NCBI GenBank assembly: GCA_002323245.1 | Contig: DCPU01000016.1 | Span: forward strand, 108,445 to 172,444 | Direction of reading: 5' to 3' | From: Mariprofundus sp. UBA1536 | Lineage (GTDB): Bacteria; Pseudomonadota; Zetaproteobacteria; Mariprofundales; Mariprofundaceae | Length of the DNA: 64,000 nt | Shown: piece by piece, positions 8,621-17,832 of the stretch | How positions within the stretch are numbered: position 1 is the first letter of the stretch | Layout: each line of letters opens with the position of its first letter | Notes under the pieces: model-generated | Database searches by the model: none | What the model saw: the letters and a program-made list of their open reading frames with translations, nothing else | What the model was told of the DNA's origin: nothing | Position numbers and translations under genes: made by a program

Positions 8621-9265
8621 ATGAAATCAATCCCAAACGAACTCATCATCCGTCATCAACAGCAAGCCTATCCTGAAGCTATGGCTGAACAGGAAGTGTT
8701 GCGTGATGCCATGCTGGCTGGAGAAGGTCATTTCCGCCTTATTTTCACCGAACATCCGCCGATTTATACCCTTGGCACATCGGGTCATGATACCGATATT
8801 TTGGCGCGTGATATTGATGGTGAAACCATCGAAGTGTTTGCTACCGGCAGAGGCGGCGAAGTGACCTACCACGGTCCTGGGCAATTGCTCTGTTATGTGG
8901 TTGCCAATTTGGCCCAAGAGCAAGACCTGCATAAACACATCTGGCGCTTGGAAGAAATGATTATTCGTACTTTATCTAGCCTGGGTGTGCAGGCTGGACG
9001 TGATAAGCGTGGTATTGGTGTGTGGGTGAATGGATTGAAAATTGCTGCTGCCGGCGTGCGTTGTCGCAAGTGGGTGGTTTGGCATGGTATTGCTTTAAAT
9101 ATCATGCCAAACCTCAAGCATTTTTCTGGTATCGTGCCTTGCGGCATGCGCGATGCGCCAGTGACATCCTTAGAAAAGCTAGGTTTTCGTGTGAGCAGAG
9201 AAGAAGTGGAAAGCCTATTGGCGCAACACGCCAAAGACGTGTTTGCCGCCATCATCAAGGTTTAA
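8621..9265 (+). CDS. lipB: lipoyl(octanoyl) transferase
   Basis: Motif RGGEVTYHGPGQL and GLKIAAAGVR. Full-length, 214 aa. Confidence 0.92.
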   Translation: MKSIPNELIIRHQQQAYPEAMAEQEVLRDAMLAGEGHFRLIFTEHPPIYTLGTSGHDTDILARDIDGETIEVFATGRGGEVTYHGPGQLLCYVVANLAQEQDLHKHIWRLEEMIIRTLSSLGVQAGRDKRGIGVWVNGLKIAAAGVRCRKWVVWHGIALNIMPNLKHFSGIVPCGMRDAPVTSLEKLGFRVSREEVESLLAQHAKDVFAAIIKV

Positions 9266-9789
9266 TATTTCATCAAGCTAAATGTGGGCACACCCGTGAG
9301 CTTATCACGCCCCTTTAAATCTTCGAGCTCAATGACAAACAAACAAGCAGCGACGTTTGCCCCCAATTTTTGGCACAACTGCACTGTGGCCGCAGCTGTG
9401 CCGCCAGTGGCGAGTAAATCATCAATGACCACGACTTTATGACCATGGCCTAAGGCGTCTTTGTGAATTTCCAAAATATCGGTACCGTATTCCAGTTCAT
9501 ATTCAATGGCATGGGTTTCTAAAGGTAGTTTTCCTGATTTGCGGATGGGCACAAAACCCACACCTGTAAGCTGGGCTAAAGCTGCACCAAACAAGAAGCC
9601 GCGCGATTCAATGCCGACAATGGCTTCGACATCGCGGGGCATATTAACGGCCAATTCGGATATGCATGCTGAAAAAGCTTCGCCATTGGCGAGCAAGGGG
9701 CTGATGTCACGAAAGGTGATGCCAGGCTTTGGAAAGTTTGGAATGTCGCGGATATAGTCTCGTAACTGAATTGCCGGATGCGGTTTCAA
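9262..9789 (-). CDS. apt: adenine phosphoribosyltransferase
   Basis: PRPP loop VVVIDDLLATGGTA. Typical 175-aa length. 4-nt overlap with the upstream sigma gene. Confidence 0.93.
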   Translation of the reverse strand: MKPHPAIQLRDYIRDIPNFPKPGITFRDISPLLANGEAFSACISELAVNMPRDVEAIVGIESRGFLFGAALAQLTGVGFVPIRKSGKLPLETHAIEYELEYGTDILEIHKDALGHGHKVVVIDDLLATGGTAAATVQLCQKLGANVAACLFVIELEDLKGRDKLTGVPTFSLMKY

Positions 9790-10631
9790 ATGATTTCCTC
9801 CAGAAGCAAATCTCGTGCTTCTGGAAGGCTACGCAATTTCTTTAAGGCTGCAACTTGGATTTGGCGAATCCGTTCACGGGTCACGCCCAAATGCTCACCA
9901 ATGGCTTCAAGTGTCCATGGGTCATCTAATCCGCCCAGTCCGTAACGCAGTTGTATCACCTTTTGCTCTTGAGGATTGAGTTGATTTAACCAGCCGCCCA
10001 ATAACGACTTAGAAGTATCCGATTCCAAATTCGCATGTGGCAACAAAGTATCTTTATCTTCAACCATATCAAATAAGGTTGTATTTTCAGTGCCCAATAA
10101 AACCTGATCACCACTTTCAGCAGATAGAATGGATTTCATCAACTCGCGCACACGTTCTCTTGTGTTGCCCATTTTGTAAGCGATTTCATCATCGGTGGGT
10201 TCGCGGCCTAAGATGGTGCGTAAATGGTTGGAGGAGCGAAGCAGGTGATTAATTTCTTTGGCGACATGGATGGGAATACGGATGGTGTGGGATTGGTTCA
10301 TGATGCCGCGTTCAATGGCTTGGCGTATCCACCAGGTGGCGTAAGTGGAAAAACGACAGCCATATTCTGGGTCAAATTTCTCAGCGGCGCGTATTAAGCC
10401 TAAGTTGCCTTCTTCAATCATATCATCCAATGGCATGCTTTTGCTGTAATAACGGCGGGCAATGTTTATGACCAGACGCAGGTTGGCACTGATAAGCTTT
10501 TGTCTGGATTGTGTGCAGCCTGCCTGGATGGCATTGGCTAATTAAACTTCGTCTTCGGCAGTTAATAAGGCATAGCGTGAAATTTCGCGCATATAGATAT
10601 TGATTGGTTCAAGGTTAACGCTGCTTTTCAT
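9786..10631 (-). pseudogene. rpoS: RpoS-like group-2 sigma-70 factor interrupted by an in-frame TAA at codon 30
   Basis: My reverse-strand translation from ATG 10631 reads MKSSVNLEPINIYMREISRYALLTAEDEV*LANAIQAGCTQSRQKLISANLRLVINIARRY...MPLDDMIEEGNLGLIRAAEKFDP... The stop lies at 10542-10544 (tta on the + strand). The rest of the 281-codon frame is intact and collinear with E. coli RpoS regions 1.2-4.2. Confidence 0.85.
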
Positions 10632-10757
10632 GAGACTCCACTCCGTAAAACATCAGAGTTTAAAAAACTAAGATGCCCTAACGTTGCAGAGGGAGTGGTT
10701 GCCCGTATATCGCATGAATATGCGATACACTTTCAAATAGTTTGGATTGCGGCGTTG

Positions 10758-12173
10758 TTAGTCGATCAAAGGGTTGATGCTTGGATTTTCAAGAAAGCTT
10801 TTGACCTGCACCAAAAATTGCACGGCATCTTTACCATCAATCAATCGATGATCATACGACAAGGCGATATACATCATGGGTCTAATCACCATGGTATCTT
10901 GCTCAACAACCACACGTTTTAGAATGGTGTGCATGCCAAGAATGCCGCTTTGTGGCGTATTCAAGATGGGGGTGGAAAGCATGGAGCCAAACACACCACC
11001 ATTGGTAATGGAAAAAGTGCCGCCCTGCATATCTTCGGGTTTAAGTTTGCCTTCGCGGGCTTTGCCGGCCAGTTCGAGTACGCCCTGCTCAATTTCACCA
11101 AAACTTTTTAGGCCAACATCGCGTAACACAGGTACAATTAAGCCCGTATCAGTAGAGACGGCCACGCCCATATCAATGTAGTTGTGATACAACACATCAT
11201 CGCCAGCAATTTGGGCATTGAGGCTAGGAAATTGACCGCAAGCTTGGGCACAAGCTTTGATGAAAAACGACATAAAGCCTAATTTGCAGCCATATTTTGC
11301 TACAAATTCATCTTGGTATTTGCTGCGTAAGTCCATCACAGCTTGCAAGTTTACCTCATTGAATGTGGTGAGAATCGCAGCGGTGTTTTGTGCTTCTTTC
11401 AAACGCGTGGCGATGCGCTTGCGCAACCTTGTCATGGGCACAGGGATTTGCTCGCGATCAGGTATATCCATGTCGTGTTCAGACGCGGACTCCACAGGTT
11501 CTTTTTTAAGGGTAATCACCTTGGCATCTGGCTGTGCTTCTTTGGGAGCGGGGGAGGCTGAGGTGTCAATAATGCCCACCACTTGCCCTGGCTCTACGGT
11601 ATCATCGACGTTAAAGCGTTGCTCTTTAAGTACCCCGCTTTCAGTGGCTGTGATTTCCATAGTGATTTTATCGCTTTCGATTTCAGCAACAATATCATCC
11701 ACTTCAACCGCTTCGCCCACATTTTTAAGCCAGCTGATGAGTGTGGCTTCAGTTTCAGACTCGCCCAAATGGGGCACTTTGATTTCAAACATTTGCCCAG
11801 TTTTTGAAGATGATTTCTTCACTTCGGGCTTTGCTGTGGTTGCTTTTCTGGCAGCTGCTTTTTCAGCTACTGGTGCAGGCGCTTCTTTAGCTTCAGCTTC
11901 TTCAGCCGCAGGCGCGGAGTTTTTTACATTGGCCACTGCATCGGTATCAATCAATCCAATCACTTGCCCAGGTTCTACCGTGGCATCCACTGCAAATTTT
12001 TGTTCGCTTAACACACCGCTTTCTGTGGCTGTGATTTCCATGGTGATTTTATCACTTTCAATTTCAGCAACAATATCATCCACTTCGACTGGGTCGCCTA
12101 CATTTTTCAGCCAGCTAATCAGCGTGGCTTCGGTTTCCGATTCACCCAAATGGGGCACTTTAATCTCAAACAT
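10758..12173 (-). CDS. sucB: 2-oxoglutarate dehydrogenase E2 (dihydrolipoyllysine succinyltransferase) with two tandem lipoyl domains
   Basis: Two copies of [26 protein letters not shown]...[11 protein letters not shown], Ala/Pro/Lys linkers and the catalytic DHRLIDG. ATG 12173 is preferred. It overlaps the sucA stop. Confidence 0.92.
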   Translation of the reverse strand: MFEIKVPHLGESETEATLISWLKNVGDPVEVDDIVAEIESDKITMEITATESGVLSEQKFAVDATVEPGQVIGLIDTDAVANVKNSAPAAEEAEAKEAPAPVAEKAAARKATTAKPEVKKSSSKTGQMFEIKVPHLGESETEATLISWLKNVGEAVEVDDIVAEIESDKITMEITATESGVLKEQRFNVDDTVEPGQVVGIIDTSASPAPKEAQPDAKVITLKKEPVESASEHDMDIPDREQIPVPMTRLRKRIATRLKEAQNTAAILTTFNEVNLQAVMDLRSKYQDEFVAKYGCKLGFMSFFIKACAQACGQFPSLNAQIAGDDVLYHNYIDMGVAVSTDTGLIVPVLRDVGLKSFGEIEQGVLELAGKAREGKLKPEDMQGGTFSITNGGVFGSMLSTPILNTPQSGILGMHTILKRVVVEQDTMVIRPMMYIALSYDHRLIDGKDAVQFLVQVKSFLENPSINPLID

Positions 12174-14988
12174 ATCTTGCTCCGAATTTGTAGGCGATAA
12201 AGGCATCGGTGTTTTTGCTTAGGGCGCTGTTGACCAGATGCTCTTTTTCGCGTTGATGGCGTTTGATTGAGCCAACGGCAGGGGCTGCCAAGGATGGCCT
12301 GGCCAAAACAAACATTTTTTGGTCGGGTAACAATGAATCACGGAGCCTGTGTTTGATTTGCCGCCAAGCGCCCTGATTCAAGGGCTCTTCTTGTAGCCAT
12401 AATACTTCCTTGCTTGATGCATAGGGCTCTTGTTGTAACAGGGCTTTGAGCTCAGCCATAGGGAAGGGGTAAAGGCGCTCAAGGCGAATGCTGTGTACAT
12501 CCTCAATGCCTTGTTCTTCTCTAGCTTCAAGCAGGTCAAAATGCACTTTGCCCGTGCATAATACTACGCGGCGTGACGCTTTGGTTGCTGGCGTTTTTTC
12601 AGGCAATACAGGCTGGAAGCTTTTGGTTGTTAAATCTTCCAAATCGGAGAATGAGGCTTTGTTTCTGAGCATGCTTTTTGGCGCCATCATGATGAGCGGT
12701 TTGCGCATGGTGCTCAAATATTGCCTGCGTAATAAGTGAAACAATTGTGCAGGTGTGGTAGGGCATACCACCTGCATATTGTCATCGGCACATAATTGCA
12801 AAAAGCGCTCAAGCCTAGCTGAAGAGTGTTCCGCACCTTGGCCTTCAAAACCATGTGGCAGCCACAATACGAGGCCAGACATACGTTTCCATTTGGACTC
12901 GCCCGCAGCAATAAATTGGTCAATCACCACTTGCGCCATATTGGCAAAATCGCCGTATTGGGCTTCCCAAATCACCAAAGCTCTTGGTTCAGCTACCGAA
13001 TAACCATACTCATAACCAAGTACAGCCATTTCAGAGAGCATACTATCAATCACCAAAAAGCGTGATAACTCGCCATTAATCAACTGGCGAAGTGGTGTAA
13101 AAGCTTTGCCAGTTTTTTGGTCGTAGACAATGGCATGGCGATGGAAAAAGGTGCCGCGGCCAGAATCTTGGCCAGACAAACGCACCCAGCCACCTTCATC
13201 AAGCAAGGTGGCATAGGCCATAATTTCAGCGCAACCCCAATCGATTTGTGCCTTGCCTTCCATCATTTCAATGCGGCTGTCGTAAATACTTTTTACTTTC
13301 GGGTGCAGCGAAAAGTCATCGGGCACCTTGCAAGCATTTTTTACCAAAGTGAGCAGGGTTTCGGCAGTGGATGTGGTGTCAGGCTCACTAAAATCGCCTT
13401 TGACATAAGCTTCCCAGCGGCCTTTCAGACTGTTGGCATGGGAAGGCTCAGTTTGCGGCAAAGCCAGATTGCTCTTGCGCACGGCATCCAAGGCTTCACG
13501 GAAGTTTTTGGCAATGTCTAATGTTTCTTCTTCGCTGTAAATGCCTGCCGCTATCAATTGTTTACGGTAGATATGTTGCACGGATTCATGGGCGCGAATG
13601 CGCTCATACATTTTCGGCTGGGTGACTTCTGGAGCATCAGCTTCGTTGTGTCCCAAACGGCGGTAACAGACCAAATCAATCACCACATCACCATGGAATT
13701 GATGGCGATAGTCCATCGCCAGCTCCATCGCCATACAGCAGGCTTCAGGGTCATCACCATTCACATGCAGGATTGGCGCTTGCACCAGCTTAGCCACATC
13801 GGTGCAGTTGAGCGTAGAGCGTGCATCAAAGGGATTGGTGGTAAAACCAATTTGATTGTTCACCACAATATGGATAGTGCCGCCCGTACGATAGCCTGAC
13901 AAATCACCAAGGTTTAATGATTCAGCGACCACGCCTTGACCCGCAAAGGCAGCGTCGCCATGCACCAATACGCCAAGCACTTCGCGGCGAGCATCATCGT
14001 TGCGGCGGCATTGGCGTGCGCGCACGCTGCCTAGCACCACAGGCGAAATGATTTCAAGATGGGATGGGTTAAAGCCAAGCGATAAATGCACATCGCCGCC
14101 CGAGGTGGTGATATCCGATGAGAAGCCCATGTGATATTTCACATCACCAGCGCCCGTTTCGGCATCCGAAAATTGATTGCCTTCAAATTCAGCAAAAATG
14201 TCGGAGAGTGATTTGTTCATCACATTGGCCAACACATTCAGCCTGCCCCTATGGGCCATACCCATAATAATTTCTTTCACGCCTTTGCTGCCAGCATGCT
14301 GAATCATGGTGTTCAGCATAGGGATAAGGGTTTCGCCGCCTTCAAGTGAAAAGCGCTTTTGGCCGGTGTAACGGGTGTGCAAGAACCTTTCAAACTCTTC
14401 GGCTTTCATCACATCCCTAAAAATAAGTTTGCGTTTCTCTTCTTCAAATTGCGGGGTGGAGCGAACCTTTTCTAAGCGATGTTGAAACCACTGCTTACGC
14501 GCTGTATTGCTGATATGCATCAGCTCAGGGCCAATATGCCCGCAATAGGTTTTGGATAAAATATCGAGAATGTCGCGTAGCGGCAGGGTGGTGGGTGCTA
14601 TCAAATCACCTGTTGGGAAGGGTTTGTCCAAATCATTGTCGTCCAAGCCATAATAGGCCAACTCCATATCTGGGCTGCGACGACGTTCTTGTTGTTGCAG
14701 CGGATCGAGCTTGGCATGTAAGTGGCCATGGATACGCCAGGCATGAATCAAATACAACGCCCTTGAGGGATATTCTACTGCACTCAAGCCTTGGGTTTGG
14801 CTTGATTCTTGGATTGCTATAGGTGTAGAAGCCCGCGCGATAGCTTCAGCAGCCTTTGGCGCAGCTATGGGTTTGGGAGATGATACTGAAGCAGGCTGAT
14901 GCTGTCGCAAACGCATGCTGCCTTGCAACTTTTTGATGATGTCCTCATGCGAGGGGTGTTGATTTGAAGGATCGTTCGAAGCTGGCAT
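12166..14988 (-). CDS. sucA: 2-oxoglutarate dehydrogenase E1 component
   Basis: 940 aa with E1o motifs [23 protein letters not shown] and LWEAQYGDF-like [11 protein letters not shown]. Confidence 0.95.
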   Translation of the reverse strand: MPASNDPSNQHPSHEDIIKKLQGSMRLRQHQPASVSSPKPIAAPKAAEAIARASTPIAIQESSQTQGLSAVEYPSRALYLIHAWRIHGHLHAKLDPLQQQERRRSPDMELAYYGLDDNDLDKPFPTGDLIAPTTLPLRDILDILSKTYCGHIGPELMHISNTARKQWFQHRLEKVRSTPQFEEEKRKLIFRDVMKAEEFERFLHTRYTGQKRFSLEGGETLIPMLNTMIQHAGSKGVKEIIMGMAHRGRLNVLANVMNKSLSDIFAEFEGNQFSDAETGAGDVKYHMGFSSDITTSGGDVHLSLGFNPSHLEIISPVVLGSVRARQCRRNDDARREVLGVLVHGDAAFAGQGVVAESLNLGDLSGYRTGGTIHIVVNNQIGFTTNPFDARSTLNCTDVAKLVQAPILHVNGDDPEACCMAMELAMDYRHQFHGDVVIDLVCYRRLGHNEADAPEVTQPKMYERIRAHESVQHIYRKQLIAAGIYSEEETLDIAKNFREALDAVRKSNLALPQTEPSHANSLKGRWEAYVKGDFSEPDTTSTAETLLTLVKNACKVPDDFSLHPKVKSIYDSRIEMMEGKAQIDWGCAEIMAYATLLDEGGWVRLSGQDSGRGTFFHRHAIVYDQKTGKAFTPLRQLINGELSRFLVIDSMLSEMAVLGYEYGYSVAEPRALVIWEAQYGDFANMAQVVIDQFIAAGESKWKRMSGLVLWLPHGFEGQGAEHSSARLERFLQLCADDNMQVVCPTTPAQLFHLLRRQYLSTMRKPLIMMAPKSMLRNKASFSDLEDLTTKSFQPVLPEKTPATKASRRVVLCTGKVHFDLLEAREEQGIEDVHSIRLERLYPFPMAELKALLQQEPYASSKEVLWLQEEPLNQGAWRQIKHRLRDSLLPDQKMFVLARPSLAAPAVGSIKRHQREKEHLVNSALSKNTDAFIAYKFGARYV

Positions 14989-15042
14989 TCATCTCTCCCG
15001 AAGATTTCTGAAACCTACCCCAATTTTAGCTACAATATCTGC

Positions 15043-16473
15043 TTAAAGCCAACGCAAAAGGAAACGCACTACCTTTTTTGTGCCAGATGAGAACAATTTA
15101 TCTGTATAAAAGCTTCCCGCCACGCGCTTATTCACTTCCGCCAATGTCGGATACGGGGCAATCATGGAGGCCATGGCTCCAATTTTCAGCTTTTGGCTCA
15201 CTGCCAAAATCCACGGCTGAATCAATTCGCCTGCATGCAACCCCACAATGCTGGCGCCAAGAATCAATCCCTTGGGCGTAGTTACTACTTTTACCAATCC
15301 TTCGGTGCGGCGCTCGGCTTGGGCGCGATCATTTTCTTCAAATGACCATTTCAAAATCCGCACTTCTTTGCCCTGTTTTTTGGCATCGGCTTCCGATAAA
15401 CCCACATGTGCAAGTTCCGGATCGGTATAGGTCACCCATGGCACGGCCGAATAATCCACTCTGGCAGGCAGCTTGAATAAAATGTTGCGGATAATGATGC
15501 CCGCTTGGTATGCCGCCATATGTGTGAACTGATAAGGACCTGCTACATCACCAATGGCAAACACCTTTTTGTTGCTCGTGCGCAAGCGCTTGTCCACCTT
15601 AATGCCACGCGGTGAATATGTAATGCCCGCTGCTTCTAGGTTGAGGCTATTCACATTGGCTTTTCGGCCCGTGGCCACCAACACATGCGAGCCATCCACT
15701 TGCTGGCTTTGCCCATCAAGGTTGTAAAAGGCCGTGATGACGTTGGCTGTTTTTTCAAGGCGCAGGTCTTGTACACCTTCAGCCAAAGCGATGCCTTCGC
15801 CGCGCAAATGATCGATTACAATCGACGTTAAATCAGGATCATCTTTCATCAGCAGTTTGGCCACTTCAATCACAGTCACCTTTGCGCCAAGGCGGCGATG
15901 GGCCTGGGCCAATTCTATACCAATTGGGCCGCCACCAATCACGATGAGGTGGTCGATTTTTTCTTTGTTATCGAAAATATTTTCGTTGGTGAAATAGGGT
16001 ACATGTTCAACGCCTGGAATGGGCGGCACAAAAGCAGAAGAGCCAGTGGCCACCACCACATACTTGGCTTGGATTTGCGTGTTGCCTGCTTGTACGGTGT
16101 GTTTGTCGACAAAACTTGCGGCGGCTTGAATCACGTGCACGCCCAAGCCCTCAAAGCGCTCCACAGAATCATTAGGGGCAATGGCGTGAATCACGCTATG
16201 CACATGCTCATGCACTGCCGCCCAATCCACTTCTGGCTGGGAGGCTTTGATGCCAAAGGCAGCCGCATCACGCATGGTTTGCGCCGTATGCCCTGCTGCA
16301 AGTAAGGCTTTGGATGGTACGCAGCCTGTGTTTAAACAATCTCCGCCCATGTCGCCTTTTTCAATCAGCACCACTTTGGCGCCCATTTGCACAGCGCCAG
16401 CGGCAACAGATAAGCCACCAGATCCCGCGCCGATGACGCAAATATCAGTTTTGATGATGTTTAGATTGCTCAT
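15043..16473 (-). CDS. class I pyridine nucleotide-disulfide oxidoreductase (dihydrolipoamide dehydrogenase / mercuric reductase-like core)
   Basis: FAD motif GAGSGG, redox-active disulfide GGDCLNTGCVPSK, NAD motif GGGPIG. The C-terminal dyad reads APYPTLAE (Tyr where Lpd has His). There is no C-terminal Cys pair. Confidence 0.85.
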   Translation of the reverse strand: MSNLNIIKTDICVIGAGSGGLSVAAGAVQMGAKVVLIEKGDMGGDCLNTGCVPSKALLAAGHTAQTMRDAAAFGIKASQPEVDWAAVHEHVHSVIHAIAPNDSVERFEGLGVHVIQAAASFVDKHTVQAGNTQIQAKYVVVATGSSAFVPPIPGVEHVPYFTNENIFDNKEKIDHLIVIGGGPIGIELAQAHRRLGAKVTVIEVAKLLMKDDPDLTSIVIDHLRGEGIALAEGVQDLRLEKTANVITAFYNLDGQSQQVDGSHVLVATGRKANVNSLNLEAAGITYSPRGIKVDKRLRTSNKKVFAIGDVAGPYQFTHMAAYQAGIIIRNILFKLPARVDYSAVPWVTYTDPELAHVGLSEADAKKQGKEVRILKWSFEENDRAQAERRTEGLVKVVTTPKGLILGASIVGLHAGELIQPWILAVSQKLKIGAMASMIAPYPTLAEVNKRVAGSFYTDKLFSSGTKKVVRFLLRWL

Positions 16474-17168
16474 GAAGCCGCCTTTGATGCTTTGAATTTT
16501 TTATAAAACACAGGCAGTAGTGAAAGCAGGCCAAGGCCCGCCAGTGCGCCAATCATTTGTGGGGTCAACACACCTGCAATGGAAAAGCTCTCACCCTGCT
16601 CAAACACTTGGCCAAGGCCGCTGCCAGCAAAAGCAAAGACAAAGGTGGCTGGCATAATGCCAAAGAAGGTGGCAATCACGTAGGTGCGCAACGGCACGCC
16701 CAAAAATGCAGGAGCCAAGTTGACAATAAAGAAGGGAAAAAGCGGCACAAGGCGCAGCACAAACATATAAGATAAAGCATTATCGTTAAAGCCATCGCGC
16801 ATGGTCTGCATGTATTTGCCTGCCTTGGCCAATAAGGCATCACCCAAAGATGATTTGGCAATCAAGAAGATGGCCGTTGCGCCCAAGGTGGCGCCCACCA
16901 CGGTGTATAGGCCGCCCCAAAGGCCACCAAAAAGAAAGCCGCCAGCAAGGGTCATGATGGTGCCGCCAGGCAAAGAGAAGGCGACCACAGCGATGTAGAC
17001 AAGGATAAATACCAGCGGAGCGATGAAGGGGTTCGTGCTCACCCAATCGTTGAGTTGTAAACGGTGTTCGCGAAGTTGTTCAAAGCTTAGATATTCATGC
17101 CAGCCCATGCCGATAAACAGGGCTGTGAGGGCGATAATGAGTAGCAGGGGTAAACTTTTTTTCAGCAT
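16470..17168 (-). CDS. TVP38/TMEM64 (DedA-related) family membrane protein
   Basis: Multi-TM protein with the pattern SLPGGTIMTLAGGFLFG. 4-nt overlap with the downstream flavoprotein gene. Confidence 0.8.
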   Translation of the reverse strand: MLKKSLPLLLIIALTALFIGMGWHEYLSFEQLREHRLQLNDWVSTNPFIAPLVFILVYIAVVAFSLPGGTIMTLAGGFLFGGLWGGLYTVVGATLGATAIFLIAKSSLGDALLAKAGKYMQTMRDGFNDNALSYMFVLRLVPLFPFFIVNLAPAFLGVPLRTYVIATFFGIMPATFVFAFAGSGLGQVFEQGESFSIAGVLTPQMIGALAGLGLLSLLPVFYKKFKASKAAS

Positions 17169-17250
17169 GAAGTCATGGCCTCTAGTGTTCGATTTGTTGT
17201 TTGGTCGCGCCGTTTACCGAAAGCTTACAAAGCTTGTGCTGCGCCAGAGA

Positions 17251-17832
17251 TTAATACGGCCAGGTATCAAAGGCCGTCATCGAAAAGGCGATACCATTGT
17301 ATGCCAGAATCACACCCGTGGGGGTGATTTCGCGTAGCAATAAAGCAGCGCTGACATGGCGCATTTCATGCATCACTTTGTCGTTGATAATCACCATACG
17401 TTTGGCCGCGTCATCGGCATAGGTGTGGGCGGAAATGTTGATGGCCGGTAAGGAAGCTAACACTTCAGACGGCAACTCGCTTAAGGTCGGTAAATTCGTC
17501 ATTTCGCTTATCGGCGGTGCAATGGATTGCTCTACTTCTACGATGGGTTCGACTGGTGCAGGCGCAACCGACTTGGCTTCAGGTTGGGTTGTTGGCAAGA
17601 CATTAGGCGCTTGGGTTGCGGCAGATGTCAGCTGCTTGTCAGGTTGTTCAGGCATCAGCAACCAGAGCAGTAAGGCAGCAGCAAGCAGACCAAAGCTAAA
17701 GCGCCATGTTGTTCTGTTGTGCGACGGCTGTTCAGTAGCGTTGGTTTGTGTATTTATCGTTTGGCTGGTGGGCGTTTGTTGCTGTTGCCTGCTTTGTTCG
17801 GCTTTGTTGAGAGCATCGAGAATATACGACAT
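17251..17832 (-). CDS. gspB: GspB/ExeB-like general secretion pathway protein B
   Basis: N-terminus MSYILDALNKAEQSRQ, a single TM and a C-terminal domain. Directly abuts the exeA stop. Confidence 0.75.
   Translation of the reverse strand: MSYILDALNKAEQSRQQQQTPTSQTINTQTNATEQPSHNRTTWRFSFGLLAAALLLWLLMPEQPDKQLTSAATQAPNVLPTTQPEAKSVAPAPVEPIVEVEQSIAPPISEMTNLPTLSELPSEVLASLPAINISAHTYADDAAKRMVIINDKVMHEMRHVSAALLLREITPTGVILAYNGIAFSMTAFDTWPY

Noticed and set aside
9786-10436. 216-aa ORF as a stand-alone sigma factor gene
   Set aside because: The upstream 195 nt continue the same frame with bona fide sigma region 1.2/2.1 sequence, broken only by one TAA. The ORF is the downstream part of an interrupted rpoS-like gene, not an independent gene.
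11257-12222. 321-aa ORF on the + strand
   Set aside because: It lies entirely antisense to the strongly supported sucB gene. The product is a low-complexity Ser/Ala/Thr-rich string that mirrors the duplicated lipoyl domains and Ala/Pro linkers. It has no RBS or recognisable motif.
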